A DNA stretch of 27,967 nucleotides, taken from assembly GCA_020833025.1 (NCBI GenBank), contig JAJHRB010000014.1:1-27967 (forward strand), given 5' to 3'. Both the position numbers and the translations under genes were made by a program. Positions 19,004 through 27,742 of the stretch are shown here, in pieces. This DNA is from Thermoproteaceae archaeon. GTDB taxonomy: Archaea; Thermoproteota; Thermoprotei; Thermoproteales; Thermoproteaceae. Below the pieces are notes generated by a model. It searched no databases and was not told the origin of the DNA. It saw only the letters and a list, made by a program, of their open reading frames with translations. The first letter of the stretch is position 1, and each line of letters begins with the position of its first letter.

Positions 19004-19678
19004 CTAGGGCGCGAACGCGCCGTACACGCTCCTCACCACGCAGCTCACGTCAACTCTGTACATGTCGTGCGGCGGCTCTATCCTGCTGCACTCGCTCACC
19101 AGCACCTCGCCGACTCCCGCGTAGAACTCGCGCCCGATCTTTAGGCAGCGCCTCTCGCAGTAGTCCAGCACGGCCCTCACGACGGGGTCTCCCTGAAAGC
19201 GGATGAGAGAGCGCTGCCTTGAAATAGCGCCCGCGTCTTCTGCCAGCCTCACGAGCGCCCTGAACGCAACTCTGTTCAGCCAGGCGCTCGACGACAGCTT
19301 AGAAATTCTCTCGTTGGCCGCCGCGTAGAGATCCTCGGCGCCTACCTCCAGCCTCTCGGCCGCGACGTCCACAACAACTCTGTACTGCGGCACTCTCTGG
19401 TAGAGCAGGGCGTGGTAGGCCGGGAGGCCTAGGCTCTCCTTAAGGCTCACCAGCAATGCCCCGACGCTTGTCAGGCGGACGCACGCCCCGTCGTACTGGA
19501 CGGCGCCCACTCTCTCGAGAAATCTCGTTATGTCGCCGCGCCCGCGCCCTATCTCGAGCCCCCGCTCTCTCAGCTCGGCGAGCATTGCAGCGCGCCTCGC
19601 CACGTACGTGACGTACTCGTCGATTTTCTTGAGCCCTATCGGCGGAAATGTGACCGACCGCTGGATTATCAGCGCCAC
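19004..19678 (-). CDS. Hypothetical protein, possibly with tandem winged-helix folds
   Basis: Protein-like from VALIIQRSVTFPP onward. GTG 19678 lies about 25 nt from TTTAAA 19698-19703. The longer ORF start at 19903 overlaps the divergent gene. Confidence 0.75.
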   Translation of the reverse strand: MALIIQRSVTFPPIGLKKIDEYVTYVARRAAMLAELRERGLEIGRGRGDITRFLERVGAVQYDGACVRLTSVGALLVSLKESLGLPAYHALLYQRVPQYRVVVDVAAERLEVGAEDLYAAANERISKLSSSAWLNRVAFRALVRLAEDAGAISRQRSLIRFQGDPVVRAVLDYCERRCLKIGREFYAGVGEVLVSECSRIEPPHDMYRVDVSCVVRSVYGAFAP

Positions 19679-19781
19679 GCACACACACACGGCTTCGTTT
19701 AAACAGCACGGTTGACACCGCGGTAGGATAGATGTTATATGGGCACCCACATTTATATTACCGGACGCTAAAATAGGAGTC

Positions 19782-20363
19782 GTGGAGGGCCAGATAGTCT
19801 GGCTTCTCAGCAACAGGGGCGAGTTGACGGCAGCCGAAATAGCCGAGGCGCTGGGCGTGCCGCGCCACAGAGTAATGAAGGCGCTGAGACTGCTGTACTT
19901 CAAGGGAGTGGTGGAGCCGGTGAAGAGGGGAAGGGGGTACTACTGGCGCCTCGCGGGCGGCCACATGGCCGTGATTCCGCTTCACCTCACGCTGAGACCA
20001 GTGCTTTATCTGGAGGGGGTCATAGAGCCAGTCTACAGGAGGTCGCGAGGTAGAGTGAATGCATTCATCTTTGTCCACGTGAGAGGCAAGACGTTCTGGC
20101 TCTGCGACTGCGACACCGGGTACTTCATCGCTACCGACGAGCCAATAGCCGGCTGCAACTGCAAGATGAAACACGCGTTCGGCAGTAAGAAGCTCGGCAT
20201 GATTTACCTCCCGAGAGATCTATACTTCAGGTACTGGAGGAGCTATAAGTATGACAACGGCGACGTTGAGTTCGTGCTGCTGGTGCCCGAGAGCGGCAAC
20301 TCGCCCCATCTAGTCCACAAGTACGAGAGCTACGTCAGAGGCGCGACGCAGCAGAGCTCCTGA
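19782..20363 (+). CDS. Winged-HTH transcriptional regulator with an uncharacterised Cys-containing C-terminal domain
   Basis: LTAAEIAEALGVPRHRVMKALRLLYFKGVVEPVKRGRGYYWRL wHTH. AGGAG RBS and TTTATATT at 19752-19759 upstream. Confidence 0.85.
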   Translation: MEGQIVWLLSNRGELTAAEIAEALGVPRHRVMKALRLLYFKGVVEPVKRGRGYYWRLAGGHMAVIPLHLTLRPVLYLEGVIEPVYRRSRGRVNAFIFVHVRGKTFWLCDCDTGYFIATDEPIAGCNCKMKHAFGSKKLGMIYLPRDLYFRYWRSYKYDNGDVEFVLLVPESGNSPHLVHKYESYVRGATQQSS

Positions 20364-22299
20364 CCCTCGCGGCGATCCTGCCGAGGAGCGCGTCGAGCTC
20401 GCTGTCCGGCACTGCCCTGCACGCGACCTCCTCCACCACGTCGTCGAAGTGCCTGGCCCTCGAGAGCGCCTCCTCTATAGTGCCTCTCGCAATTATCTCG
20501 TAGACTCTTGCCCACCTCTTGCCCGGCGACGCCCTCACGACCCTCCCCACGCGCTGTACCATCTGCCTCACGGAGCCGGTGCCGCTGACTATCACAGCAA
20601 CGTCGGCATCCGGCACGTCAACGCCCTCGTCAAGCACGGTCGTCGTCACGATGCATCTGACGGCGCCGGCGCTGAACCTCCTGAGCGCCACGTCTCTGTT
20701 GCCGCTCTCGGACGTCACTAGCTCGGCCGCAATGCCGGCTTCGCGCAGCCTCCTGTAAATCTCCTCCGCCTGCTCTATGAACTGCGTGAAGACGAGGACC
20801 TTGGACCCCAGCTCGACCTCTCTGGCCACTATGCGCGCGGCGACTGGCACCTTGCTGGAGCTTCTCGCCGCAGCGTTTCTAAGCGCTATTGGGTTGTCGC
20901 CAGGCAGTGACCTGTAAGCCGCCGACTCCTCTGCAGTCATTCTGACGTACACCCTGTAGTGCTCCACGGGAACCACGAGGCCTGCCTCCACCATTGACAT
21001 GTACGACGCCCGGTACACCACGGGGCCCACCGCCTCGTAGACTATGTGCTCGTTTCCATCCTCTCGCTTTATGGTCGCCGAGAGGGCCAGCCTGCGGGGA
21101 GAGTCCAGCTTCAGGGCAACCTCCTTGAAGGTCTCGGCCGGGACGTGGTGCGCCTCGTCGAATATCACCAAGCCGAACCTCCCCACCAGCTCGCCCACGT
21201 GCCTGACCGCCGAGTTGTAAATGGCAACGGTCACGTCTCTCACTTCGTGCGAGCCTCCCCCGAGAAGTCCCGGCGCAATGCCGAGGTGCCTCTTTATGCG
21301 CTCTGCCCACTGGAGGGCGAGCTCCCTCGTCACTACCAGCACTAGCGCCGACGTGCCGGCCCTGTACATTGCCTCCATCCCTATGTACGTCTTGCCGCCG
21401 CCCGTCGGGATCACGACGGTGCCCCGCATCCCGCGCGCGGCCCACCTCTCCACCGCCTCTGCCTGGAACGGGTGGAGGGAGAGCGACCTCCTGTACTGCA
21501 CTACCGGGTACTCGACCTGCTCCTGCCTAATCGCGTAGCCAAGCTCTCTGAGTATGCCGATCACCGCATCGCGCGCGAATACCGGGAATCTGACCACGTA
21601 GGTCCCGCCGCTTCGCTCGACGCGCGCCAGCCTTATGTCCCTCTCCTCAACGCTCCCGTCCTTCCTGACGACGTAGTACTTCATCTTGAGCCCGGCCAGG
21701 CGCCTCAGCAGCCCGGACGCCAGGAAGTTCAGCCTGGCAGTGACGGGGCCCACTGCCGCCGTCCTCCAGCTCCTCCTCCTGCTGAACAGCTCCCTCAGCC
21801 TCTCGGAGGAGAGCACGAACTCCCTGGCGCTCTCCAGCGCCGCGTCCAGGTCTCCCAGCACTTGCACGCCGCGCAGCAGCTCTCTGAGCTTGCCGATGCC
21901 GGCCTCCACGAGCCCCTCGAACGTCTCTGCCTGCGCTATGCTCCTGTCGCGCGCCACGAACTCGCGCAGGAATCTCGTCAGCGAGACGAGGTGCGTGCCC
22001 CCCTCGCTGGCGAGCACGCAGTCCCTGAGGCCCTCCGGCAGCTGGCCGATTGCGACGACAGCACCTCCCTGTGTCTCGCGCGCCAGCGTTGACAGCAGCG
22101 AGATGTACTCCTTCTCGCTGAGGTTAATCAAGTGCTTGAGCTTCACGATCACGCCGAGGTCCCGCGTCCTGCCGCGCCAGCCGGCGCCGTCCCACCGGAA
22201 GCCAAGTCTCTTCAACTCCTCCTTCACGGCCGCGATTCTCTCCCACGCCCACTCCCTGCACACCTCAACGCCATTCACGATAACGCAGAAGCGCGGCAT
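20335..22299 (-). CDS. XPB/Rad25-like SF2 (DEAH) helicase with a long N-terminal extension
   Basis: IPTGGGKT, FDEAHH, LSAT, VLDEGVDVPDAD and QRVGRVVR. Start moved to ATG 22299, with TTTAAA at 22325-22330. Confidence 0.9.
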   Translation of the reverse strand: MPRFCVIVNGVEVCREWAWERIAAVKEELKRLGFRWDGAGWRGRTRDLGVIVKLKHLINLSEKEYISLLSTLARETQGGAVVAIGQLPEGLRDCVLASEGGTHLVSLTRFLREFVARDRSIAQAETFEGLVEAGIGKLRELLRGVQVLGDLDAALESAREFVLSSERLRELFSRRRSWRTAAVGPVTARLNFLASGLLRRLAGLKMKYYVVRKDGSVEERDIRLARVERSGGTYVVRFPVFARDAVIGILRELGYAIRQEQVEYPVVQYRRSLSLHPFQAEAVERWAARGMRGTVVIPTGGGKTYIGMEAMYRAGTSALVLVVTRELALQWAERIKRHLGIAPGLLGGGSHEVRDVTVAIYNSAVRHVGELVGRFGLVIFDEAHHVPAETFKEVALKLDSPRRLALSATIKREDGNEHIVYEAVGPVVYRASYMSMVEAGLVVPVEHYRVYVRMTAEESAAYRSLPGDNPIALRNAAARSSSKVPVAARIVAREVELGSKVLVFTQFIEQAEEIYRRLREAGIAAELVTSESGNRDVALRRFSAGAVRCIVTTTVLDEGVDVPDADVAVIVSGTGSVRQMVQRVGRVVRASPGKRWARVYEIIARGTIEEALSRARHFDDVVEEVACRAVPDSELDALLGRIAARVRSSAASRL

Positions 22300-22364
22300 C
22301 TCCAGCTCGTGACGGCGCGGCCCATTTAAAGTGAGACGCCGGCACTCGCGCAAAACGCCCCGCC

Positions 22365-22820
22365 CTACCTGGAGAGCGGCGCGGCCCTCCTCGCGAGAGC
22401 GATCGCCAGGGCGAGACTGGCGGCTATCAGCGCGTGCATTGCCGTGCAGTAGACGCACACCGCCCTGAGCACTGCAAGCTCGACGTAGACTAGGTAGGGC
22501 ACGGCCGCGGCCCCCAAGAGCCCCCACAGCAGGAGGAAACGCGCGGCGTTCCTGCCCGGGCGCGCTAGCAGCGCAAGAGACGCCGCCAGGCTGGCCGCGA
22601 ACCAGGCGGCGGCGAGGGCCTCTAGCGGCAGGGGGCCGGCGCGCGCGTACACGCTCGTTAAAACTCTGGCGCAGTCCAGCGGGACGCCCGGCAAGGCCCC
22701 GGCGCCCGAGGCGCAGAAGGGCGGGAGCTCTCGCAGCGCCTCGAGCTCGTAGAGCAGCAGGGCCGATATCGCAAGGCCGGCGGACGACAGCGCCGCGAGG
22801 GCCAGTGCCAGCGCCCTCAC
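22365..22820 (-). CDS. Vitamin K epoxide reductase (VKOR) family membrane protein
   Basis: Loop cysteines (FC...DC), four hydrophobic segments and a CVYC active site. Start GTG 22820. Confidence 0.9.
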   Translation of the reverse strand: MRALALALAALSSAGLAISALLLYELEALRELPPFCASGAGALPGVPLDCARVLTSVYARAGPLPLEALAAAWFAASLAASLALLARPGRNAARFLLLWGLLGAAAVPYLVYVELAVLRAVCVYCTAMHALIAASLALAIALARRAAPLSR

Positions 22821-22839
22821 GCCGGGCCGGGCGCCGCCC

Positions 22840-22847
22840 TTATTAAG
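22840..22847. promoter_or_regulatory. Shared bidirectional TATA (TTATTAAG) between VKOR and radical SAM genes
   Basis: Only AT-rich box in the 51-nt gap, about 25 nt from both start codons (22820 minus, 22872 plus). Confidence 0.6.
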
Positions 22848-22871
22848 CCCTGCCGCCAGTGCTGCTACACG

Positions 22872-23708
22872 ATGCCCTGCAGCTACAGGGCGTACGAGAT
22901 CAGGGCCCGGCAGGCGCTGGTACCCTCGAGACTCCCGGAGTACGACTACGCGCTGAATCCCTACGCCGGCTGCTCTCACGCGTGCATTTACTGCTACGCC
23001 GCAGATCTCACTAGGGGGCCTCCGGGTTCCGCGTGGGGAGAGGTCGTGTACGTCAAGAAAAACGTGCCGGAGCTCCTCAAGAGAGAGGTGAGGCGGCTAG
23101 CGCCAGGCGTCGTGGGCCTCTCGACGGTCACCGACCCCTACCAGCCAGCGGAGCGGGAGTACATGCTCGCCAGGGCGTCTCTGGAGGTACTCGCAGGCGC
23201 CGGGTTCCGCGTGTCGATCCAGACGAAGTCCGATCTCGTGCTGCGCGACCTGGACGTGATTGTAAAATACCGCCACGCAGTTGACGTCGGCTTTACAATA
23301 ACGTCGCTCGGCGAGAGAGCCAGCGCGGCGGAGCCGTGCGCGCCGAGCCCTCTGGCGCGCGCCAGAGCCGCCGAGATCCTGGTGGGGCGCGGCGTGCGGG
23401 TGTGGATATTCCTGGGCCCGATAATACCCGGCTATAACGACTCGGCGCGCGAGCTGGGCGGCGTAATTGCGCTGGCCCGCAGGATAGGCGCCGAGCTCGT
23501 CTACGACAGATACCGCGCGACTCCGCGCGCCGGCGCGCGGCTTCGCGCCGCGCTCGGCGCCGGCGAGCCGAGCCCGGAATGGTGGCGCAGAGTACGCCGG
23601 GAGGTAGAAGTGCTATGCGCGAGGGAGGGGGCCCGCTGCAGGTCGATGGAGGAGGAGTGGGGGCTGGCTAGACGTGATAGTAAAAGAGCTTCAGGAGGGC
23701 CAGCCTGA
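22872..23708 (+). CDS. Radical SAM protein, SplB/Rv2578c-like (COG1533)
   Basis: LNPYAGCSHACIYCYA (CxxxCxxC), STVTDPYQPAE, IQTKSDLVLRDLD and GFTITSL. Confidence 0.9.
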   Translation: MPCSYRAYEIRARQALVPSRLPEYDYALNPYAGCSHACIYCYAADLTRGPPGSAWGEVVYVKKNVPELLKREVRRLAPGVVGLSTVTDPYQPAEREYMLARASLEVLAGAGFRVSIQTKSDLVLRDLDVIVKYRHAVDVGFTITSLGERASAAEPCAPSPLARARAAEILVGRGVRVWIFLGPIIPGYNDSARELGGVIALARRIGAELVYDRYRATPRAGARLRAALGAGEPSPEWWRRVRREVEVLCAREGARCRSMEEEWGLARRDSKRASGGPA

Positions 23709-26628
23709 ACTCCTCGCGCCCGGGATCGCAGCACGACGCGAGAGCACCCCTGAAGAGCTCGCCGAGTAGGCCGGAGAACTCCTCGGAGCCGCGCAGCAGG
23801 TGCGCCCTTGCCAGCTCCGCGCGCCCGCTCAGAAGCGCGTGAAGCGACAGGGCGAGCTGGGCGGACGAGCTGCCCGGCGCGAGCAGGTGGACCAGCTCCG
23901 CGCCCTCGGTCAGCGCGATTCTCTCCGCCACCTCGTCGCTCAGCATGCCCCAGAGGGCGTCGAGCGCCTGCTGGTCGCCCCCGAGCGCGAGAATCGCATT
24001 GACGCATAGATTGTAGCGGCTCTCGTCCGCCAGACTGCCGCAGTCAGAGAGGGCGCCGTCTCTGTCCTTGACGCCGAGCGCCGCCGCGAGCGCCGGCGCG
24101 TACCTCACGTCGACGTCCACGTCGTGCAGGAGCTCGTCCGGCCCGACCTCAACTGGCGCGCCCATTGCCCTCAGCATGAGTTTTGTGAGCGCCGGCTGGA
24201 GGAGCGCGCCCCGCAGCTTTCTCATTGCCCTCTCGAGCCTGTCGAGCGCGCCGATTGAGGCCAGGTAGACGGCATACTCGCTAGCCAGCGCCGAGAGCGC
24301 CTCCGCGTACTGAGCCGAGCGCTCCCCGGCGCTCACGGCCTCTAGCAGCAGGTCCTCGAGCCCGCCGGCCGCGTCGGCGTAATCCGCCATGTCCTCTGCC
24401 GCCATGACTCTCGCGCGAATGGACATGCTCCGGCTGATGAGGTAGCCGGCCCGGTCGCCTAGCTCACGGTATGCGAGAGCCGCCTTGTTGAAGGCCTCGG
24501 ACGCCTCCAAGGGCCGCGCCAGCTCCAGCAGGCGGATTGCAAGCGCGTGCGCGGCCCGCGCCATGGCGTCCACGACGACCTCCCTTGCGCTCCTAGACGC
24601 GAGCCCTGCGAGCTCGGCCGCGGCGCCGACGGACGCGCCGTCCCACGCTGCTCCCTCCAGGGTGCGTATCGCGCCGGCAATCTCCTGCACGACGTCAATG
24701 CCGCACTTAAGCTCGACGAGCGCAGAGGCGTAGGGACTGCGGAGGAGCGGCGCGAGCACGAGGGCGCGGCCGAGCGCGGAGAGCTCGTCTCCCGCGGCGC
24801 GCAGCCTCTCAAGAATGGCGCATATCTGCAGCACGGCCCCCTCGCGCTCCTCCGCGCTCAAGAGCGCGGCGTAGGCGCCCAGAAGTCTCGCGTACGTCTC
24901 AGCCGCCAGCAGGAGGGGCCACTCCAGTCTCGCCAGCTCCTCCTCGTGCGAGCCGTACACGTAACCCGTCAGCGCGTAGACGAGCTTTGCCGCCAGCCTG
25001 TCAAGCGCGAGCGCCGAGGTCGCGTGCAGCAGCGCCAGGTAGTACTGCGGGGCGATGTCGGCGAGAGGCTCTAGCGCGGACAGGACGAGCCAGGCGCGGC
25101 GCGGCTTCACGACGCCGCTGTCCACCGCGCGCACGGCCAGCCTCAAGAGCAGGCCGGCGTCCTCAGCGCCGACACGCACCTTGGCCCCCGCAGCGCCGGC
25201 GGCAATTGCCGCGAGCCCCACAAGCGCGCCCTCCCGGCGCTGCGGGGGCCCGGGCGCCAGCTCTCTCGCCGCCCGGAGCGCCTCGCCGTGATGCTCAGCG
25301 AGGGACTGCACAAGCGGGCTGGCGCGTCCCGCCCCGCGCGCTGCCAGCGCGGCGGTGAGCGGCGGCACCGCGCCGCCCGCCTTGATGTACCTCAGAGCCT
25401 CGCAGCGCGCCCCTCCCCCGTCCTGCGGCTCCTCGCACCCGGCAATGGCGCATCCAAGCGCCGAGGCCACGTCCTCAAGACAGGCCGCGGCGAGCTCTCG
25501 CAGCCGCCCCGAGAGCGCCCCGCCGAACTCCCTCACGAACATGTCCACGGCCTCTTGCTCGCTCTCAGGCACTGGCTGCGCCCCGCACTCGGCGAGCGAC
25601 GCCTCCAGGGCCTCCTCGATTATGTCGTGCTGTCTATACGCCAGCAGTGCGGGCGCGCCGCCGAGTAGCTCCAGCACTCCCGGCGGCACTATCGGCCTGC
25701 CGGCAGGCGTCCAGCGGGCGAACGGCCTCCTCAGCGCGGCCGCCTTGCACAGAGGCCCGGACGGCGCCACGATATTCAAGGCGCGCGCGGCAAGCTTGAC
25801 GGCATCATAACCAGAGACTCTGAGCAGCTCAAGGGCGGCGCCCGCATCGCAACCAGCAGCGCTCAGCACGCTGCCGAGCAGCGCCGCGGTGACGGCGTGG
25901 CCTTCGTTGAGTCTCATCAGTTCGCGCGCTATTGCATCGAGCCCCTCCCTACCGACCCTGTCGGCACAGCCGTCTGCGTGCACCGATATCAGCTCTCTCA
26001 GGAGCTCTGCGTCGTAATACGCGGTGATTTCGCGCGCTCCTGGCAGCTCTTTAATGCTCTCGCCCGCCGCGCTGTAAGCCCTGTCAGAAAGAAGCAGCAA
26101 AACCGGCGGCCCGCCGCCGTCGCGCCCCCGCGCGATGTCCATCACGACCTCTCTAGCTCTGAGCGCGGGGAGCTCGCGTGGTCTCATGTCGCAAATCATA
26201 AGCACGCCTCCGATAATGTCGGCGAATTCTCCATAGCGCCTTAGAAATGCCGCAACGGCGCTGTTGCTGGACGCTAGCGCGACCGTCTTGACCGCGCCTC
26301 CCGCGAGCAGCTCCCATGCAATGGCAGCGGCGAGCGTCGACCTCCCGGTGCCCCGAGGCCCCGCCACTATCACTATGCCCCCACCTTTCAACGCCTCGAC
26401 AGCGGTCTCGAGAGCGCGCGCGAAGGCCCCTGCCCTCACGACGTGTACGAGCCTGTCGAGAGAGTTGACGCGGAGTCTCCCGCCGCTGGCTCTCACGTGC
26501 GGGAAGAGACCGCCCTCGCCGAGCTCGCTAGCATCCATGAGGGACACGCGCGTGATGAGACTCCACTCTGAGAGCGAGCGCTCTTTGGCCAGCCTAACCG
26601 CCTCGTCGGCACTCGCGCCTGATTTCAC
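23668..26628 (-). CDS. Large P-loop (STAND-like) ATPase with alpha-helical/TPR-like C-terminus
   Basis: VIVAGPRGTGRST Walker A-like motif, LMICD Walker B-like motif, then a long helical region with a TPR-like segment (ARAAHALAIRLL...AFNKAALAYRELGD). TAAAATTT box about 25 nt upstream. Confidence 0.8.
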   Translation of the reverse strand: MKSGASADEAVRLAKERSLSEWSLITRVSLMDASELGEGGLFPHVRASGGRLRVNSLDRLVHVVRAGAFARALETAVEALKGGGIVIVAGPRGTGRSTLAAAIAWELLAGGAVKTVALASSNSAVAAFLRRYGEFADIIGGVLMICDMRPRELPALRAREVVMDIARGRDGGGPPVLLLLSDRAYSAAGESIKELPGAREITAYYDAELLRELISVHADGCADRVGREGLDAIARELMRLNEGHAVTAALLGSVLSAAGCDAGAALELLRVSGYDAVKLAARALNIVAPSGPLCKAAALRRPFARWTPAGRPIVPPGVLELLGGAPALLAYRQHDIIEEALEASLAECGAQPVPESEQEAVDMFVREFGGALSGRLRELAAACLEDVASALGCAIAGCEEPQDGGGARCEALRYIKAGGAVPPLTAALAARGAGRASPLVQSLAEHHGEALRAARELAPGPPQRREGALVGLAAIAAGAAGAKVRVGAEDAGLLLRLAVRAVDSGVVKPRRAWLVLSALEPLADIAPQYYLALLHATSALALDRLAAKLVYALTGYVYGSHEEELARLEWPLLLAAETYARLLGAYAALLSAEEREGAVLQICAILERLRAAGDELSALGRALVLAPLLRSPYASALVELKCGIDVVQEIAGAIRTLEGAAWDGASVGAAAELAGLASRSAREVVVDAMARAAHALAIRLLELARPLEASEAFNKAALAYRELGDRAGYLISRSMSIRARVMAAEDMADYADAAGGLEDLLLEAVSAGERSAQYAEALSALASEYAVYLASIGALDRLERAMRKLRGALLQPALTKLMLRAMGAPVEVGPDELLHDVDVDVRYAPALAAALGVKDRDGALSDCGSLADESRYNLCVNAILALGGDQQALDALWGMLSDEVAERIALTEGAELVHLLAPGSSSAQLALSLHALLSGRAELARAHLLRGSEEFSGLLGELFRGALASCCDPGREEFRLALLKLFYYHV

Positions 26629-26900
26629 TGAGCAGTCAGGTCATTCAAAATTTTAGCCTGAGGCGCGGCGCCCTGCACCGCGGCAGCGCGTCGCAGGCCG
26701 AGCCTGTAGGGAGCCTCGCTGGGCTTTATGATGCCTGTCGGCCGAGCGCAGGGAGGGCGCTCGCGCTGCCGGCGTCGCGCTTGCAGCCGCCGCAGTCGCA
26801 CCAGCACGGTACATAGGCGTGGAGGGCGTCAGGACGCTGACTGAGGGCTCTCGCCGCCCGTAAGGGAGCTCTACGCTTACATTACGAGGCACGGCTGCCA

Positions 26901-26948
26901 GGGCTGAAGGCCGCGCGAAATCAGCCCCTCTCGGGAGGGAGGGGGGAG
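26901..26948 (-). terminator. Possible terminator/3' structure of the paREP15-like gene
   Basis: Pyrimidine tract CTCCCCCCTCCCTCCC directly after the stop, followed by a GGGCTGA/TCAGCCC 7-bp hairpin (26901-26927). Confidence 0.3.
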
Positions 26949-27482
26949 CTACACACCCTCACGGTCCCACTCCCTCGGCCACCTGCCCTGGCCGCGCAGC
27001 ACGCCCTTCAGCACGGCGATGAGCATCCTAAGCCTGTAGTAGTAAGCCACGAGGTCCTCGCGCCCGCCCTCCTCTGCCTCCCTCTCGATGAGTTTTGCTA
27101 TGCGCTGGAGCTCCCTCACGTCGCCGGGCGTGAAACTGCCCTCCTCGACAGCCTTTAGAATTTCAGCAAGCCTTCTCCGCACCTCCTCGGTGTAGTACCT
27201 CGACGTGACGTGAGGAATCGCTTTCAAATACCCCGCTAGCGCTCTCGCCTCGGAGACAGACAAGACGCCCTTGGCGGAGAGAGTCTCGAGCAACGCCTCG
27301 CTGAAAGCGCAAAACGCCCAGCCAAGCCTGTCGACCCGCTCCTCGAGGCGGCCCAGCCGCACCTCGATCCGCCTCTCCATTCTATCGATCCTTCTGCTCA
27401 ACACCACGTAAAGTGCCGCCACTGCTGCCGCCACCAGCGGCGCCTGTCCGAGCATCGCCTCCAGGATGCCCCAGGCGTCCAC
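26949..27482 (-). CDS. paREP15-like coiled-coil protein
   Basis: QAPL plus hydrophobic N-terminal segment, short heptad region, SRYYTEEVRRRL and GREDL..YY motifs, resembling the Pyrobaculum paREP15 family from memory. TATA at 27499-27510. Confidence 0.75.
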   Translation of the reverse strand: MDAWGILEAMLGQAPLVAAAVAALYVVLSRRIDRMERRIEVRLGRLEERVDRLGWAFCAFSEALLETLSAKGVLSVSEARALAGYLKAIPHVTSRYYTEEVRRRLAEILKAVEEGSFTPGDVRELQRIAKLIEREAEEGGREDLVAYYYRLRMLIAVLKGVLRGQGRWPREWDREGV

Positions 27483-27698
27483 GCCGCAAATGCCGCAATA
27501 TTATTTAAAATAGGCTCTTGCGCCGTCCCGGCTGCGAGAGCCCGCCGGGCAGCGGATCCCTGAGCGCGCCGAGACGCCGGGCCTCACGGCGCCACTCTCG
27601 CGGCGCGCCGAAGAACGGCGTCACGGCGCGACCCAGCGCCGCGATCGATGAATGTAAAGCGCGCCCCGAAAGCGGGCGCCGAGAGAGCACGCGAGAAG

Positions 27699-27713
27699 CG
27701 AAAAGCTTAAAAA
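27699..27713 (+). promoter_or_regulatory. BRE+TATA promoter (CGAAAAG-CTTAAAAA), CRISPR-leader-like position
   Basis: The TATA begins 36 nt before the repeat and 58 nt before the nre start, so the predicted TSS is just upstream of the repeat. Confidence 0.65.
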
Positions 27714-27742
27714 GTGCCGGAAGGCGCCCAGCGTGAGCGGTC

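Noticed and set aside
27640-27715. RNase P RNA (GATGAATG and AGAAGCG...GCTTA resemble conserved regions IV and V)
   Set aside because: No GAGGAAAGUCC-like region I or P4 partner upstream. The GCTTA is better explained as the TATA box.
1431-27736. Many overlapping or antisense ORFs in the track (for example 12923-13618, 18602-19144, 8120-8671, 21472-22092)
   Set aside because: These are shadow ORFs of a GC-rich genome. They are Arg/Pro/Ala-rich and overlap well-supported genes.
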